The notes under the pieces: generated by a model | Told to the model about the DNA's origin: nothing | The model's input: only the letters and a program-made list of their open reading frames with translations | The model's database searches: none | Translations under genes and position numbers: made by a program | Assembly: GCA_963702425.1 (NCBI GenBank) | Contig: CAVPCQ010000023.1 | Coordinates: 17,035-81,034, forward strand | DNA: 64,000 bases | Direction: 5' to 3' | Source of the DNA: an uncultured Acidobacteriota bacterium | Lineage (GTDB): Bacteria; Acidobacteriota; Polarisedimenticolia; J045 | In this document: positions 21,031 to 30,380 of the stretch, piece after piece | How the letters are laid out: the number at the start of each line of letters is the position of its first letter | How positions within the stretch are numbered: the first letter of the stretch is position 1

Positions 21031-21275
21031 GGAGCCGCGGGCGCCCGACCGCGGAGGCAGCGCACCGGCGTCTCATCCCGGGCGTATGTCGGCAAGGGCC
21101 GACCGGTGAGTTCCCACGCTTCCAGCGCCAGTGGCCACATCATGGCGAGGCGCTCTTCGGGGGTCGTGAACGCGCTGAGGTCGTCTCCCGGCTCGGCCCC
21201 GAGCCGGTAGGTGCGGACCGGCCAGGAGGCTCGCGCGAGCGCGCGTGCGGTCGTCGAATCGGGAGAACTGCGCAT
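21027..21275 (-). CDS. Small protein coupled to the nucleotidyltransferase (putative antitoxin partner)
   Basis: TTPEERLAMMWPL; TATAAT just upstream of ATG; 4-bp overlap with next gene. Confidence 0.6.
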   Translation of the reverse strand: MRSSPDSTTARALARASWPVRTYRLGAEPGDDLSAFTTPEERLAMMWPLALEAWELTGRPLPTYARDETPVRCLRGRAPAAP

Positions 21276-21444
21276 CGGCGAATTATACACTTCGAGGCGC
21301 TCTGGAACGCCTCGAGGGCCGCATCCCGAGAGCGTGCTCGATCGCGCTCACCCGACGCCGCGTTGCAGCGCACCCCGCGCGACGGGGCGCCGCCCCGCAC
21401 GGCCCGCCCCGCCGGTCGGCTCGGATCGGCGTATCCTCCTCGCC

Positions 21445-24192
21445 ATGTCGCCCGCGCCGCCCGTCCTGCCGCCCAACGAGTGCCCCTCCTGCTCCGCGAT
21501 TGCCCCGCCGGAGGCCGTCTCCTGCCCGCGCTGCGGCGCGGTCCTAGGCACGACCGCCGCGCCGCTTGCCGACGATTCCGCCGAGACGCGGCTGCGCGGG
21601 CCGTCCGTGCCGTCGCTCTCCGTCTCCTCGTCCGGGATCGACTCGTCGCCGCACGGCCTGTTCGTCCCGGGCCAGATCATCGCCGGGCGCTACCGGATCG
21701 TCGGCCGGCTCGGCAGCGGCGGGATGGGCGACGTCTACCGCGCCGACGACCTGCGACTGGGCCAGACGGTTGCGCTGAAGTTCCTGCCGCCGAACTTCGC
21801 CAGCGACCCGCGCCGGCTCGCGGTCTTCCACAACGAGGTCCGGATCGCGCGCGAGGTCTCGCATCCCAACGTCTGCCGCGTGCACGACATCGGCGAGGTC
21901 GAGGGGCACGTCTTCCTGTCGATGGAGTACATCGACGGCGAAGACCTCGGCTCGCTGCTGCGCCGGATCGGACGCGTCCCGCACGACAAGGCACTCGAGA
22001 TCGCGCGACAGATCTGCGCCGGGCTCGCCGCCGCGCACCAGAAGGACGTGCTGCACCGCGACCTCAAGCCGGGGAACGTGATGATCGACGGGCGCGGCCG
22101 GGCACGGATCGCCGACTTCGGCCTGGCGGCGCTGACCGGCACGGTCGGCGAGGCCGACATCCGTTCGGGGACGCCGATCTACATGGCGCCGGAGCAGCTC
22201 GCGGGCCACGAGGTCACCAAGCGGAGCGACATCTACGGGCTGGGGATGGTGCTCTACGAGCTGTTCACGGGCCGCCGCGCGATCGAGGCGAAGACCGTCG
22301 AGGACGTCCGCCGTCACCACGTCGAATCGAGCATCGCGCCGCCGTCGGACCTGGTCGGGGATCTCGACCCGGCGGTGGAGCGCGTCATCCTGCGCTGCAT
22401 GGACCGCGACCCGGCGCGCCGGCCGTCGTCAGCGCTGGCGGTCGCTGCCGCGCTCCCGGGCGGCGACCCGTTGGCCGCGGCGCTCGCGGCGGGCGAGACG
22501 CCCAGCCCGGAGCTGGTGGCCGCGGCGGGAGAGGAAGGAGCACTCCGGAAGCGCGCCGCGTGGGCCTGGATGGGCGTCGCCGTGCTCGCCCTGCTGGCCT
22601 GGGCGGCGATCGAAACGCGCCACTCGATGCTCGCGCTGCAGCCGCTGCCGCTGCCGCCCGACGCGCTCGCCGAGCGAGCTCGCCAGGTCCTGGCGTCGGC
22701 CGGACACGAGCCGGAGCGCCGCGACTGGTCGCGCCGGTTCTTCAACGACCGCGGGGCGATCGACTGGCTCTCCGGCAAGAACGGCGGCCCGGCGTCGTGG
22801 CAGGGCCTCTTCCCCGAGGTCGTGCGTCCGACGCTGTTCCGCTACCGCCAGTCGAGCGCCGCGTTCGAGCCGATCAACTGGTTCGGGTTCGTCGGGGTGG
22901 ACGATCCTCCGCACTCCACCCCCGGCGTCAGCTCGGCGGTGCTGCGCAGCGACGGCCGGCTGGTCGAGCTGTTCGTCGCTCCGCCGCAGCACGAGGCCGA
23001 CGGCACGGCGGCCGGCAACGGCGCGCCCGCCGCCGACACCGGCGCCGCTGCCGACTACGCGCCGCTCATCGCCGCCGCCGGGCTCGACCCGGCGGCGCTG
23101 CAGCCGGCGGCACCCGAGTGGTCGCCTCCCTTCTTCGCCGACAGCCGCGCGGCCTGGACTGGGACGATGCCGGGCGATTCCCGCTACCCGCTCCGCGTCG
23201 AGGCCGCATCCTACCGCGGCAAGCCGAGCTACTTCCTCGTCGTCGACCCGTGGGTCACGGCAGCGCGCGCGACCCCCCCGGAGGTCGGGCTGGCGAACCT
23301 GATCAGTATCCTGATCATCGTCGCCGCGATCGTCGCCGCCGGGCTGCTCGCGCGGCACAACGTGCGGCTCGGACGCGGCGACCGGCGCGGCGCCTGGCGC
23401 CTCGCGGCCGCCGTCGTCGCCCTGGCGGCCTCGACGAACCTGCTGCGGACGCAGATGCCGCAGAGCGTGGACGCGGCCTGGGACCGCTTATCCGGCTCGG
23501 CCGCGCTCGGGCTGTTCCTGGGGACGATCGTCTGGTTGCTCTACCTCGCGCTCGAGCCGATCGTCCGCAAGAGCCGGCCGGAGGTGATCGTCTCCTGGTC
23601 GCGCTTCATCGCGGGACGGTGGAGCGACCCGCTCGTCGGGCGCGACCTGCTGATCGGCAGTGCACTCGGCCTGGCCCTGAGTGCGGTCTCGCGCCTGCGC
23701 TTCGTCCTGCCGGGCTGGCTTGGGCTTCCGGCGACGCTCCCCTACGCGGCCGACATCGGCTCGCTCTCGTCGGTGCGCGACGCGTTGTCCGCGGCCCTCA
23801 ACTCCGCGCTGGGCGCCGTCTTCGCCGCGCTGCTGATGACCTTCTTCGTCGCCCTCGGCACCCGCACCGCGTCGACCCGCCGCTGGGGAATCCCGCTCTT
23901 CTTCGCGATCGCGCTGCTGATGACCTACCTCGGGATGGAGGAGGCGCCGCTGGCGGTCCGGCTGCCCCTGTCGATTGCCGGGGCCGCGATCTACTCGCTG
24001 GTCTTCGTCCGTTTCGGCCTGGTGGCGGGCTTCGCGATGGTCTTCTTCCTCAGTTGGCGCCTGCCGTTCCCGACGAGTCCCCAGACCTGGTATTTCGGCA
24101 CCGCTGCGGTGCTGCTGCTGGCGGCGCTGGCGCTGCCGGTGTGGGGGCTGCTGCGGAGCCTGGGGGCGTCGCGGGGGCGGGGGGGCGGCTAG
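21445..24192 (+). CDS. Ser/Thr protein kinase with N-terminal zinc ribbon and multi-TM C-terminus
   Basis: CPSC..CPRC; GSGGMGDVY, HRDLKPGN, DFG, GTPIYMAPE; TM, periplasmic domain, many TMs. Confidence 0.92.
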   Translation: MSPAPPVLPPNECPSCSAIAPPEAVSCPRCGAVLGTTAAPLADDSAETRLRGPSVPSLSVSSSGIDSSPHGLFVPGQIIAGRYRIVGRLGSGGMGDVYRADDLRLGQTVALKFLPPNFASDPRRLAVFHNEVRIAREVSHPNVCRVHDIGEVEGHVFLSMEYIDGEDLGSLLRRIGRVPHDKALEIARQICAGLAAAHQKDVLHRDLKPGNVMIDGRGRARIADFGLAALTGTVGEADIRSGTPIYMAPEQLAGHEVTKRSDIYGLGMVLYELFTGRRAIEAKTVEDVRRHHVESSIAPPSDLVGDLDPAVERVILRCMDRDPARRPSSALAVAAALPGGDPLAAALAAGETPSPELVAAAGEEGALRKRAAWAWMGVAVLALLAWAAIETRHSMLALQPLPLPPDALAERARQVLASAGHEPERRDWSRRFFNDRGAIDWLSGKNGGPASWQGLFPEVVRPTLFRYRQSSAAFEPINWFGFVGVDDPPHSTPGVSSAVLRSDGRLVELFVAPPQHEADGTAAGNGAPAADTGAAADYAPLIAAAGLDPAALQPAAPEWSPPFFADSRAAWTGTMPGDSRYPLRVEAASYRGKPSYFLVVDPWVTAARATPPEVGLANLISILIIVAAIVAAGLLARHNVRLGRGDRRGAWRLAAAVVALAASTNLLRTQMPQSVDAAWDRLSGSAALGLFLGTIVWLLYLALEPIVRKSRPEVIVSWSRFIAGRWSDPLVGRDLLIGSALGLALSAVSRLRFVLPGWLGLPATLPYAADIGSLSSVRDALSAALNSALGAVFAALLMTFFVALGTRTASTRRWGIPLFFAIALLMTYLGMEEAPLAVRLPLSIAGAAIYSLVFVRFGLVAGFAMVFFLSWRLPFPTSPQTWYFGTAAVLLLAALALPVWGLLRSLGASRGRGGG

Positions 24193-24237
24193 CGTGCGGG
24201 GTGTCGCCCGAGCCGGCGCCCAGCGCCTCGAGCACCG

Positions 24238-24584
24238 GGTGGCCGGCGAGAATCCGACGTGGGGAGCGCCGCGCATCCACGGCGAGATCCAGAAGCTCGG
24301 CCTTGAGGTCTCCGAACGCACAGTCTCGCGCACCATGCCCCGGCGCCCGGCCCATCCCGACGAACCGCAACGATGGCGCACCTTGCTCGCCAACCACCAC
24401 GAGGTCATCACTGCGATCGACCTCTTCACCGTCCCCACCGCCACGTTCCGCGTGCTCTACGTCTTCTTCGTCGTCCACCACGCTCGGCGCGAGCTGATGC
24501 TCTTCCGTGTCACCGTCCATCCGACGGCGGCCTGGATCACGCAGCAACTCCGCGAGGCGTTCCCCTACGACCAGGCACCGCGCT
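24238..24584 (+). pseudogene. IS481/IS3-like integrase-core transposase, middle fragment
   Basis: ENPTWGAPRIHGEIQKLG..AIDLFTV..WITQQLREAFPYDQAPR, truncated at both ends. Confidence 0.85.
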
Positions 24585-24781
24585 GCGGATAAGGGGAATT
24601 GCCCGCGTTTCAGCACGCGCTCAGCGTAGCATCGGGCCTCCGCCATGACGCGGTGGCGCCTCAAGCCCGTCTCCTTCAGGATCTGGGGGATCTGGGCCAG
24701 CTTCTCGTCGGGCATCGGGTTGCCGATGCCCATCGCGTCGCGCCTCCGGGAGGGGGACATGGTGGCGCGGGCGGGGGCCGG

Positions 24782-24820
24782 TTGACGCCTCGAGCGGAAT
24801 CTGGCTATATTATAGCCAGA
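24782..24820 (+). promoter_or_regulatory. TA operon promoter/operator
   Basis: TTGACG at 24782, TATATT at 24806; perfect palindrome TCTGGCTATA-T-TATAGCCAGA (24800-24820) abutting the ATG. Confidence 0.75.
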
Positions 24821-25114
24821 ATGCGCTACCAGATCGTGCTGGCCCCCGAGGCGCTGGAAGATCTCAAGGCGCTGGGAGCGGTGCCGCGCGCGGCCGTGCG
24901 AGAGGCGATGGAAGCCCACCTGCGCCGCGAGCCGAGCAGGACGAGCCGGAGCCGGATCAAGCGGCTTCGCGGGTTGTCCAGGCCCCAGTACCGCCTGCGC
25001 GTCGGCGATCTGCGCGTCTTCTACGACGTCACGAAGCGAGCGGTCCACGTGCTCGCGATCGTGTCCAAGGCCGATGCAGCCCGCTGGCTGTCCGAGGAAG
25101 GCGAGGAGCCATGA
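24821..25114 (+). CDS. RelE/ParE family toxin
   Basis: YQIVLAPEALEDL..QYRLRVGDLRVFYDV. Confidence 0.88.
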   Translation: MRYQIVLAPEALEDLKALGAVPRAAVREAMEAHLRREPSRTSRSRIKRLRGLSRPQYRLRVGDLRVFYDVTKRAVHVLAIVSKADAARWLSEEGEEP

Positions 25115-25356
25115 GAAAGATCGCATTGTCGGAAGCGAAGGACGACCTTTCCCGCGTGCTCCGGCTTGCTGAAACCGAGGAGATCGTCATCACACGTCAC
25201 GGCCGGCCGGCCGGCGTCCTGATCGGCTTCGCCAACGAGGACGATTGGTTCGACTACCGGCTCGAGAACGACCCGCGCTTTCTCGCGCGCGTCGAAGCGG
25301 CCCGGACGAGCCTGCGGGCCGGGCGCGGCGTGAAGCTGGAGGACGTCGAGGAGTAG
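25111..25356 (+). CDS. Phd/YefM family antitoxin
   Basis: LSEAKDDLS..EEIVITRHGRPAGVLI. Confidence 0.9.
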   Translation: MRKIALSEAKDDLSRVLRLAETEEIVITRHGRPAGVLIGFANEDDWFDYRLENDPRFLARVEAARTSLRAGRGVKLEDVEE

Positions 25357-25403
25357 CCCCCGGCGCAGCACACGGCAAGGCCGGCGGGGGCGGTGTACGA
25401 TGT

Positions 25404-25872
25404 TGTCCCTCGCCATATCCCCGTCCGCCATGCCCTTCAACGAGTTGCGTTCCTGTGCAGGATACCCGAATCGCCCGCGGACGAGCCCGCTTGCCCTCCG
25501 TCCCGACCGCAGTCGTCGTGCGTGGTTGCTCAACCGCGCTCTTGGCCGTCGCCCGGACTCTCCTCGCGATCTTCGCCAGCCGGGCCGACCTGATCCTGGA
25601 GAACCTCGCGCTCCGCCAGCAGCTCGCTGTCCTCCGACGGAAGCACCCTCGACCTCGTCTCCGCGCGTCCGATCGATTCTTCTGGCTTACCCTGCGCCGC
25701 TGCTGGCCGTGCTGGAAGGAGACGCTCGCCATCGTCCAGCCCGAGACCGTCATCCGCTGGCATCGCGAGGGCTTCAGGCGGTACTGGCGATGGACATCGC
25801 GTCGCCGCGCTGGACGACCGAGCACCGGAGCCGACATCCGCGCCCTCGTGCACCGGATGGCCGCCGAGAATC
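25404..25872 (+). pseudogene. IS481-like element left end and transposase N-terminal fragment
   Basis: Starts with TIR tgtccctcgccatatccccgtccgc; LILENLALRQQLAVL..VQPETVIRWHR..MAAEN then breaks. Confidence 0.85.
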
Positions 25873-26078
25873 GGGCCATTCCGCTAATCCGCTCAGCCCC
25901 GTCCTGGCTCGCCGGTGCGACCCTCAGCCCGTGCTGAAACGCGGGCCATTCCGCTTATCCGCCCACCGCCTAACCGCGTCCAGGTCTGGTGTCAGTTTTC
26001 CCACCGCGCCCTCTCCGCGGTATAAGTGTGGACGGCAGCCCATCGTTGGTCGCCTCCGTCGCCGTCGCGGCCCCGCGG

Positions 26079-29000
26079 ATGGACGGGAGGTTCGGTTTGA
26101 AGCAGCGCCCAACTCCCCCGTCGTGGCGGCGCGCCGTCGGCGCGGCGAACGCCCGCACGCTGGTTTCTCTTGCGCTTCTCGTCGCTCCCGCAACCGCCTC
26201 GGCTGCGTCGGAAGCGCCGCCCCCGATCGAGTGGCAGGTCGTCTTCGGGGACGGATTCGAGGGCGGTCTCGGGCAGTGGATCGTCGACTCGTCTGGCGAC
26301 GTGCGGATCGAGCCGATGGTGACGACCTTCCGCGCGCACTCCGGCACCGCCTCCGCCTACCCGACCGGAGGAGGACCCGACGGCGTCCCGCCCCCCGGCC
26401 CCTACCGGGGACGGTTCTTCTCCCGATTGACCACGCGCCCGTTCGACCTCTCGCGATACCGCGATGCGTACGTCGTGGTGTGGTTCTGGGAGCGCATCGC
26501 CGAACCGGCGAGGCATCAGGCCCGGGCCGTTCTCGAGAGCGCCGACGGTAGGCAAGGCGTCGTGCTCCCGCTCTCCAGCGTGACCGTCGGCGACTTGGCG
26601 TCCGACCCGACATCGGCAGCGGGTTGGCGCAAGGCGGTGCTTCGCGTGCCCCGGTCGATGCTCCAGGCCGACGTCGTCCTGCGAATCGGTTTCTCCACGC
26701 CGTGGGACGCCTGGTACGACGTCGGCAGCGAGGGGATCTACCTCGACGACATCCGCGTCATCGGGACCCAGGACGAGGGCATCGCGCTGCCGAGCCAAGA
26801 CCCCTACTCGGGAGAGCAGTGGGACCTCCGGAACCGCGGGCAGGTCGCCCGATGCGGCTCCGAGTCGAATGTCCTGGGGTTGCCCGAAGCGTGGAACGCG
26901 GCCGGTCCCGTGGACCCCGAGATGATCGTGGCAGTCGTCGGCGACGGGGTCGAGGCGAATGACGACCTGGTGCTCGACCCAGGAATCGACGCGTTGAACG
27001 GGAAGCCGGGTGGAGCGCCACGGGAGTGGACCGAGCGGGTGGGAACCGCCGCCGCCGGCTTCATCGGGGCGAAGCGGGACGACGGGATCGGGGTCGTGGG
27101 GGTGGCGCCGGGGGCGCGGATCCTGCCGGTCTACCTCCCGACCGACGCGGCGGGTTCGGGCCTGGCGCAGGCCGTCGAGCGCGCCGTTGCGCGCGGCGCC
27201 AAGGTCCTGCTGGTGACCTCCGCGGTGACGACTGACGCCGAGGCGTTCCGCGCGGCCGTGGAGCGCGCCGTCGTGCTGGGTCGCGTGGTCGTCGCGCCTG
27301 CGGGCGATGCGACCGGCGTCGGCGCCGGGAGCCACGACACCGGGGAAGCGTGCCGCATCGTGTCCGCCGCGGGAGGAATCTGCGTTGGCGCCTCGAGCCC
27401 CTCCGACGAGTACAAGGGGGTCGCGAGCTGCGACGGGCTGGCGTTCTGGAGTTCGGCGTACGCCGGTCATGGTCCGGATCTCGTCGCTCCCGGCGTGGCG
27501 GGATGCACGACGGATCGTGCCGGCGGCGGCGGGTACAACCAGGGCTCGTGGCAGTACGGGATCGACGATCGGTGGACCTGCGAGGCCTCGGGGACCGCCT
27601 TTGCTGCGGCTCGCGTCGCGGGCCTCGCAGCCTTGATGCTGACGGCGAGCCCCACCCTCTCGCCCGCGCAGGTCCGGGACATCCTGGTCGCGACGGCTCG
27701 GGACATCGACGATCCGGGTCCCGACGACCGCACGGGGGCCGGCCGAGTGGACGCGGCGGCCGCCGTTCGCGAGGCGGCGCAGTCGACAGGCGACACCCAT
27801 CCGATTCCGTTCCTCGAGTCGATCGAGCCGAGCGCGGCCCGCGTCGGGACCCAGGGGCTCGAGTTGACGCTTCGCGGCGCAGGGTTCGTTCCCGAGAGCG
27901 TCGCGCTGTGGGACGGGGAACCGCGCCCGACGACGTTCGTCTCCGCGCGCGAACTGCGGGCCGAGATCGGCGCCGCGGATCTTGCCGATCAGCGCGTGCT
28001 CGAAGTCAGCGTCGGCTCGCCCCCGCCGGGCGGCGGGATCGTCGACCTCACGGTGCCGTTCGCGGTCGACGGGGACGCCACGGTCTTCGAGCCGGCGGCG
28101 CCGATCGGGCTGCGCTGCGTTTCGGTCGGACAGCCGGCAGCGTATCGGGTAACCGGGGCGGCCTGTCATCCGGCGCGCGGCGTCGAGTACCAGCTCGATT
28201 TCGGCGACGACCGCTACTCGGATTGGATCCCCGCGGCGGTGCCGGCGGCTCGCGAGCTGCTTGCCGCACATCGACCGTCGAGCACCCTGGCCTCCAACGC
28301 GGACGACGCCATCGCACGGCGCCAGGACGCCGAGCGGCTGCTGCCCGAGCTGCGCGAGCGCGGCACGCTGCGCGTCATCGTCGAGCTGACCGAGCCCGCG
28401 AGCGTCGAGCTCGCGGCCTACGCGGTGGGGCCGGCCCGTCGCTACGAGACGCTACCGCTGGCGGCACTTACGGTCGACGAGGCGGGCTTGATCGGTCTCG
28501 CGGGGGACGCTCCGGTTCGCCGGATCTGGCGCGACGAGTTGCGCCGGCCGACGCTCTGGCGGAGCGTGCCGTCGATCGGCGCACCCCGCGTCTGGGCACT
28601 GGGGCCGACGGGACGGGGGCAGGCGATCGCGGTGCTCGACACCGGCGTCGATGCGGCGCACCCGGTTCTGGCCGGCCGTGTGTCGGCCGAGGCCTGCTTC
28701 TCGACGAACGACACGACGTATTCCGCCGTGAGCCTGTGCCCCGACCGCGCGCCGCGCGCGGAAGGTCCGGGCACCGCAGCCCCCTGTCTCCAGTACGGCT
28801 GCGAGCACGGCACGCACGTCGCCGGGATTGCGGCCGGCGACCAGGTACCGCTCCGGGGCGTGGCGCCGGGCGCCACGATCGTCGCGCTGCAGGTCTTCAC
28901 GCGCTTCGACTCGGTGCTCTGGTGCGGCTCCAGCGCGCCGTGCGTCATGAGCTTCGTCTCCGACCAGATCGCCGCGCTTGACTGGCTGCTGGCGCGGTAC

Positions 29001-30311
29001 GCCGAGCTCGGTGTGGTGGCGGTCAACATGAGCCTCGGCGGTGGGGTGTCCTCGGTCGCCTGCGACGACCTCGAGCCGACCGCGCCGGCGATCGCGGCGC
29101 TGCGCGAGGCCGGCGTGGCGACCGTCGTCTCGTCGGGGAACGACGGGTCGCGGCTCGGCGTGAGCTTCCCGGCCTGCGTCTCGAGCGCGATCAGCGTCGG
29201 CGCCGTCGATGCGGACGGCGTCCGCGCTTCCTTCAGCAACATCGGTCCGCAGCTCACGCTCCACGCGCCGGGCGTGGAGGTCTGGTCGGCGCTCCCCGGT
29301 GGCGGCCACGCCAAGCTGAGCGGGACGTCGATGGCGGCGCCTCACGTCGCCGGGGCGGTGGCGCTGCTACGCGAGACGCGCCCCGACGCGTCCGTCGACG
29401 AACTCGTCGCCGCGCTGCGCGACGGCGGGGTCGCCAACGGCCCTCCGAGCTGGAGCTATGGTCTCGCCCCGCGGCTCTCGGTGCCCCAGGCCTGGGGCCT
29501 CGCGGCAGATGGCAGCGAGCTGCAGATCGCCTCGGCTTGGAACGTGGGCTGCGAACGAGATCGCGCTCCGGGCCCGCGCGCGCTGCGCGGCGGTCCCGGG
29601 GGCGGTCTCGGCGTGGTCGGAGGTGAAGCTGCTGAAGGTGCAGCCCGATCCCACGCGGGCTTGGCCGCCGATCCTGCGCACTCTCACCGGGCCGGTGTAC
29701 GTCGGGCACCCGCTGACGCTGGAGTTCTACCCCGGGAGTGTGGGGAACGGGGGGTGCAACGACACCGGGCAATACGAGCTCGACTGGGGCGACGGCGCAA
29801 CGAGCGGCTGGCTTCCCCCGGGCAGCCGTTCGGGCGGCACACGTACGAGGCGAATGGCACCTTCCCGATCCGGGGGCGCACGCGAGCGTTCCACGAGCCG
29901 AGCATCGTCTCCGCCTGGTCGGAGCCGGTGACGGTCACGGTGACCACCTTCACCGCGCCCGATCTCCGCGCGCGTTGGACCTCTCTGAAACGGAACTGCA
30001 GCGGCAAGGGGGCCAAGACCAACTGCCGGGTCAAGGGAAAGCTGGTGATCGAGAACGCGGGCAACGAGTCGCTGCCCGGCGCGTCGTTCCAGCTTGCGCT
30101 GCGGAGCGCGACCGGCCGGGTTTGGATCGGCGCGGCGACGAGTGTCCCGCGCCTGACGCGGGGGGCGACGGTCGAGGTTTCGGTGCGGGCGGCGTTCCCG
30201 CGCGGTGAGAAGGGGACCGGTCAATTCGTAGTCGCCGTGCTCGATCCACGGGGCCTCGTGGAGGAGCTGGACGAGGCCAACAACGAGGCGGTATTCGGCC
30301 CCCTGCGCTGA
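26079..30311 (+). CDS. Large secreted protein with two S8 subtilase domains, IPT, PKD-like and CARDB-like domains (start uncertain; compensating frameshifts ~29545 and ~29815)
   Basis: Degenerate first S8; second S8 with LDTG, HGTHVAG, GTSMAAPHVAG; LDFGD/LDWGD PKD motifs; VEELDEANN. Confidence 0.82.
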   Translation: MDGRFGLKQRPTPPSWRRAVGAANARTLVSLALLVAPATASAASEAPPPIEWQVVFGDGFEGGLGQWIVDSSGDVRIEPMVTTFRAHSGTASAYPTGGGPDGVPPPGPYRGRFFSRLTTRPFDLSRYRDAYVVVWFWERIAEPARHQARAVLESADGRQGVVLPLSSVTVGDLASDPTSAAGWRKAVLRVPRSMLQADVVLRIGFSTPWDAWYDVGSEGIYLDDIRVIGTQDEGIALPSQDPYSGEQWDLRNRGQVARCGSESNVLGLPEAWNAAGPVDPEMIVAVVGDGVEANDDLVLDPGIDALNGKPGGAPREWTERVGTAAAGFIGAKRDDGIGVVGVAPGARILPVYLPTDAAGSGLAQAVERAVARGAKVLLVTSAVTTDAEAFRAAVERAVVLGRVVVAPAGDATGVGAGSHDTGEACRIVSAAGGICVGASSPSDEYKGVASCDGLAFWSSAYAGHGPDLVAPGVAGCTTDRAGGGGYNQGSWQYGIDDRWTCEASGTAFAAARVAGLAALMLTASPTLSPAQVRDILVATARDIDDPGPDDRTGAGRVDAAAAVREAAQSTGDTHPIPFLESIEPSAARVGTQGLELTLRGAGFVPESVALWDGEPRPTTFVSARELRAEIGAADLADQRVLEVSVGSPPPGGGIVDLTVPFAVDGDATVFEPAAPIGLRCVSVGQPAAYRVTGAACHPARGVEYQLDFGDDRYSDWIPAAVPAARELLAAHRPSSTLASNADDAIARRQDAERLLPELRERGTLRVIVELTEPASVELAAYAVGPARRYETLPLAALTVDEAGLIGLAGDAPVRRIWRDELRRPTLWRSVPSIGAPRVWALGPTGRGQAIAVLDTGVDAAHPVLAGRVSAEACFSTNDTTYSAVSLCPDRAPRAEGPGTAAPCLQYGCEHGTHVAGIAAGDQVPLRGVAPGATIVALQVFTRFDSVLWCGSSAPCVMSFVSDQIAALDWLLARYAELGVVAVNMSLGGGVSSVACDDLEPTAPAIAALREAGVATVVSSGNDGSRLGVSFPACVSSAISVGAVDADGVRASFSNIGPQLTLHAPGVEVWSALPGGGHAKLSGTSMAAPHVAGAVALLRETRPDASVDELVAALRDGGVANGPPSWSYGLAPRLSVPQAWGLAADGSELQIASAWNVGCERDRAPGPRALRGGPGGGLGVVGGEAAEGAARSHAGLAADPAHSHRAGVRRAPADAGVLPRECGERGVQRHRAIRARLGRRRNERLASPGQPFGRHTYEANGTFPIRGRTRAFHEPSIVSAWSEPVTVTVTTFTAPDLRARWTSLKRNCSGKGAKTNCRVKGKLVIENAGNESLPGASFQLALRSATGRVWIGAATSVPRLTRGATVEVSVRAAFPRGEKGTGQFVVAVLDPRGLVEELDEANNEAVFGPLR

Positions 30312-30380
30312 TGCCTGCGGGCGAGCGTCGCGGGCCCACGGTGGCCACAAGCGTGTTGGTGCCCCCCGTCGGGTGAGCCC

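Larger units (their letters stand above)
24585..25962. repeat. 33-bp inverted repeat pair (24585-24617 / 25930-25962) with a partial third copy at 25872-25892
   Basis: gcggataaggggaattgcccgcgtttcagcacg versus cgtgctgaaacgcgggccattccgcttatccgc, two mismatches. Confidence 0.75.

Noticed and set aside
16168-25974. Isolated GTTAGGC (16168) and GCCTAAC (25968) integron-like core sites
   Set aside because: No paired attC hairpins and no intI in the window
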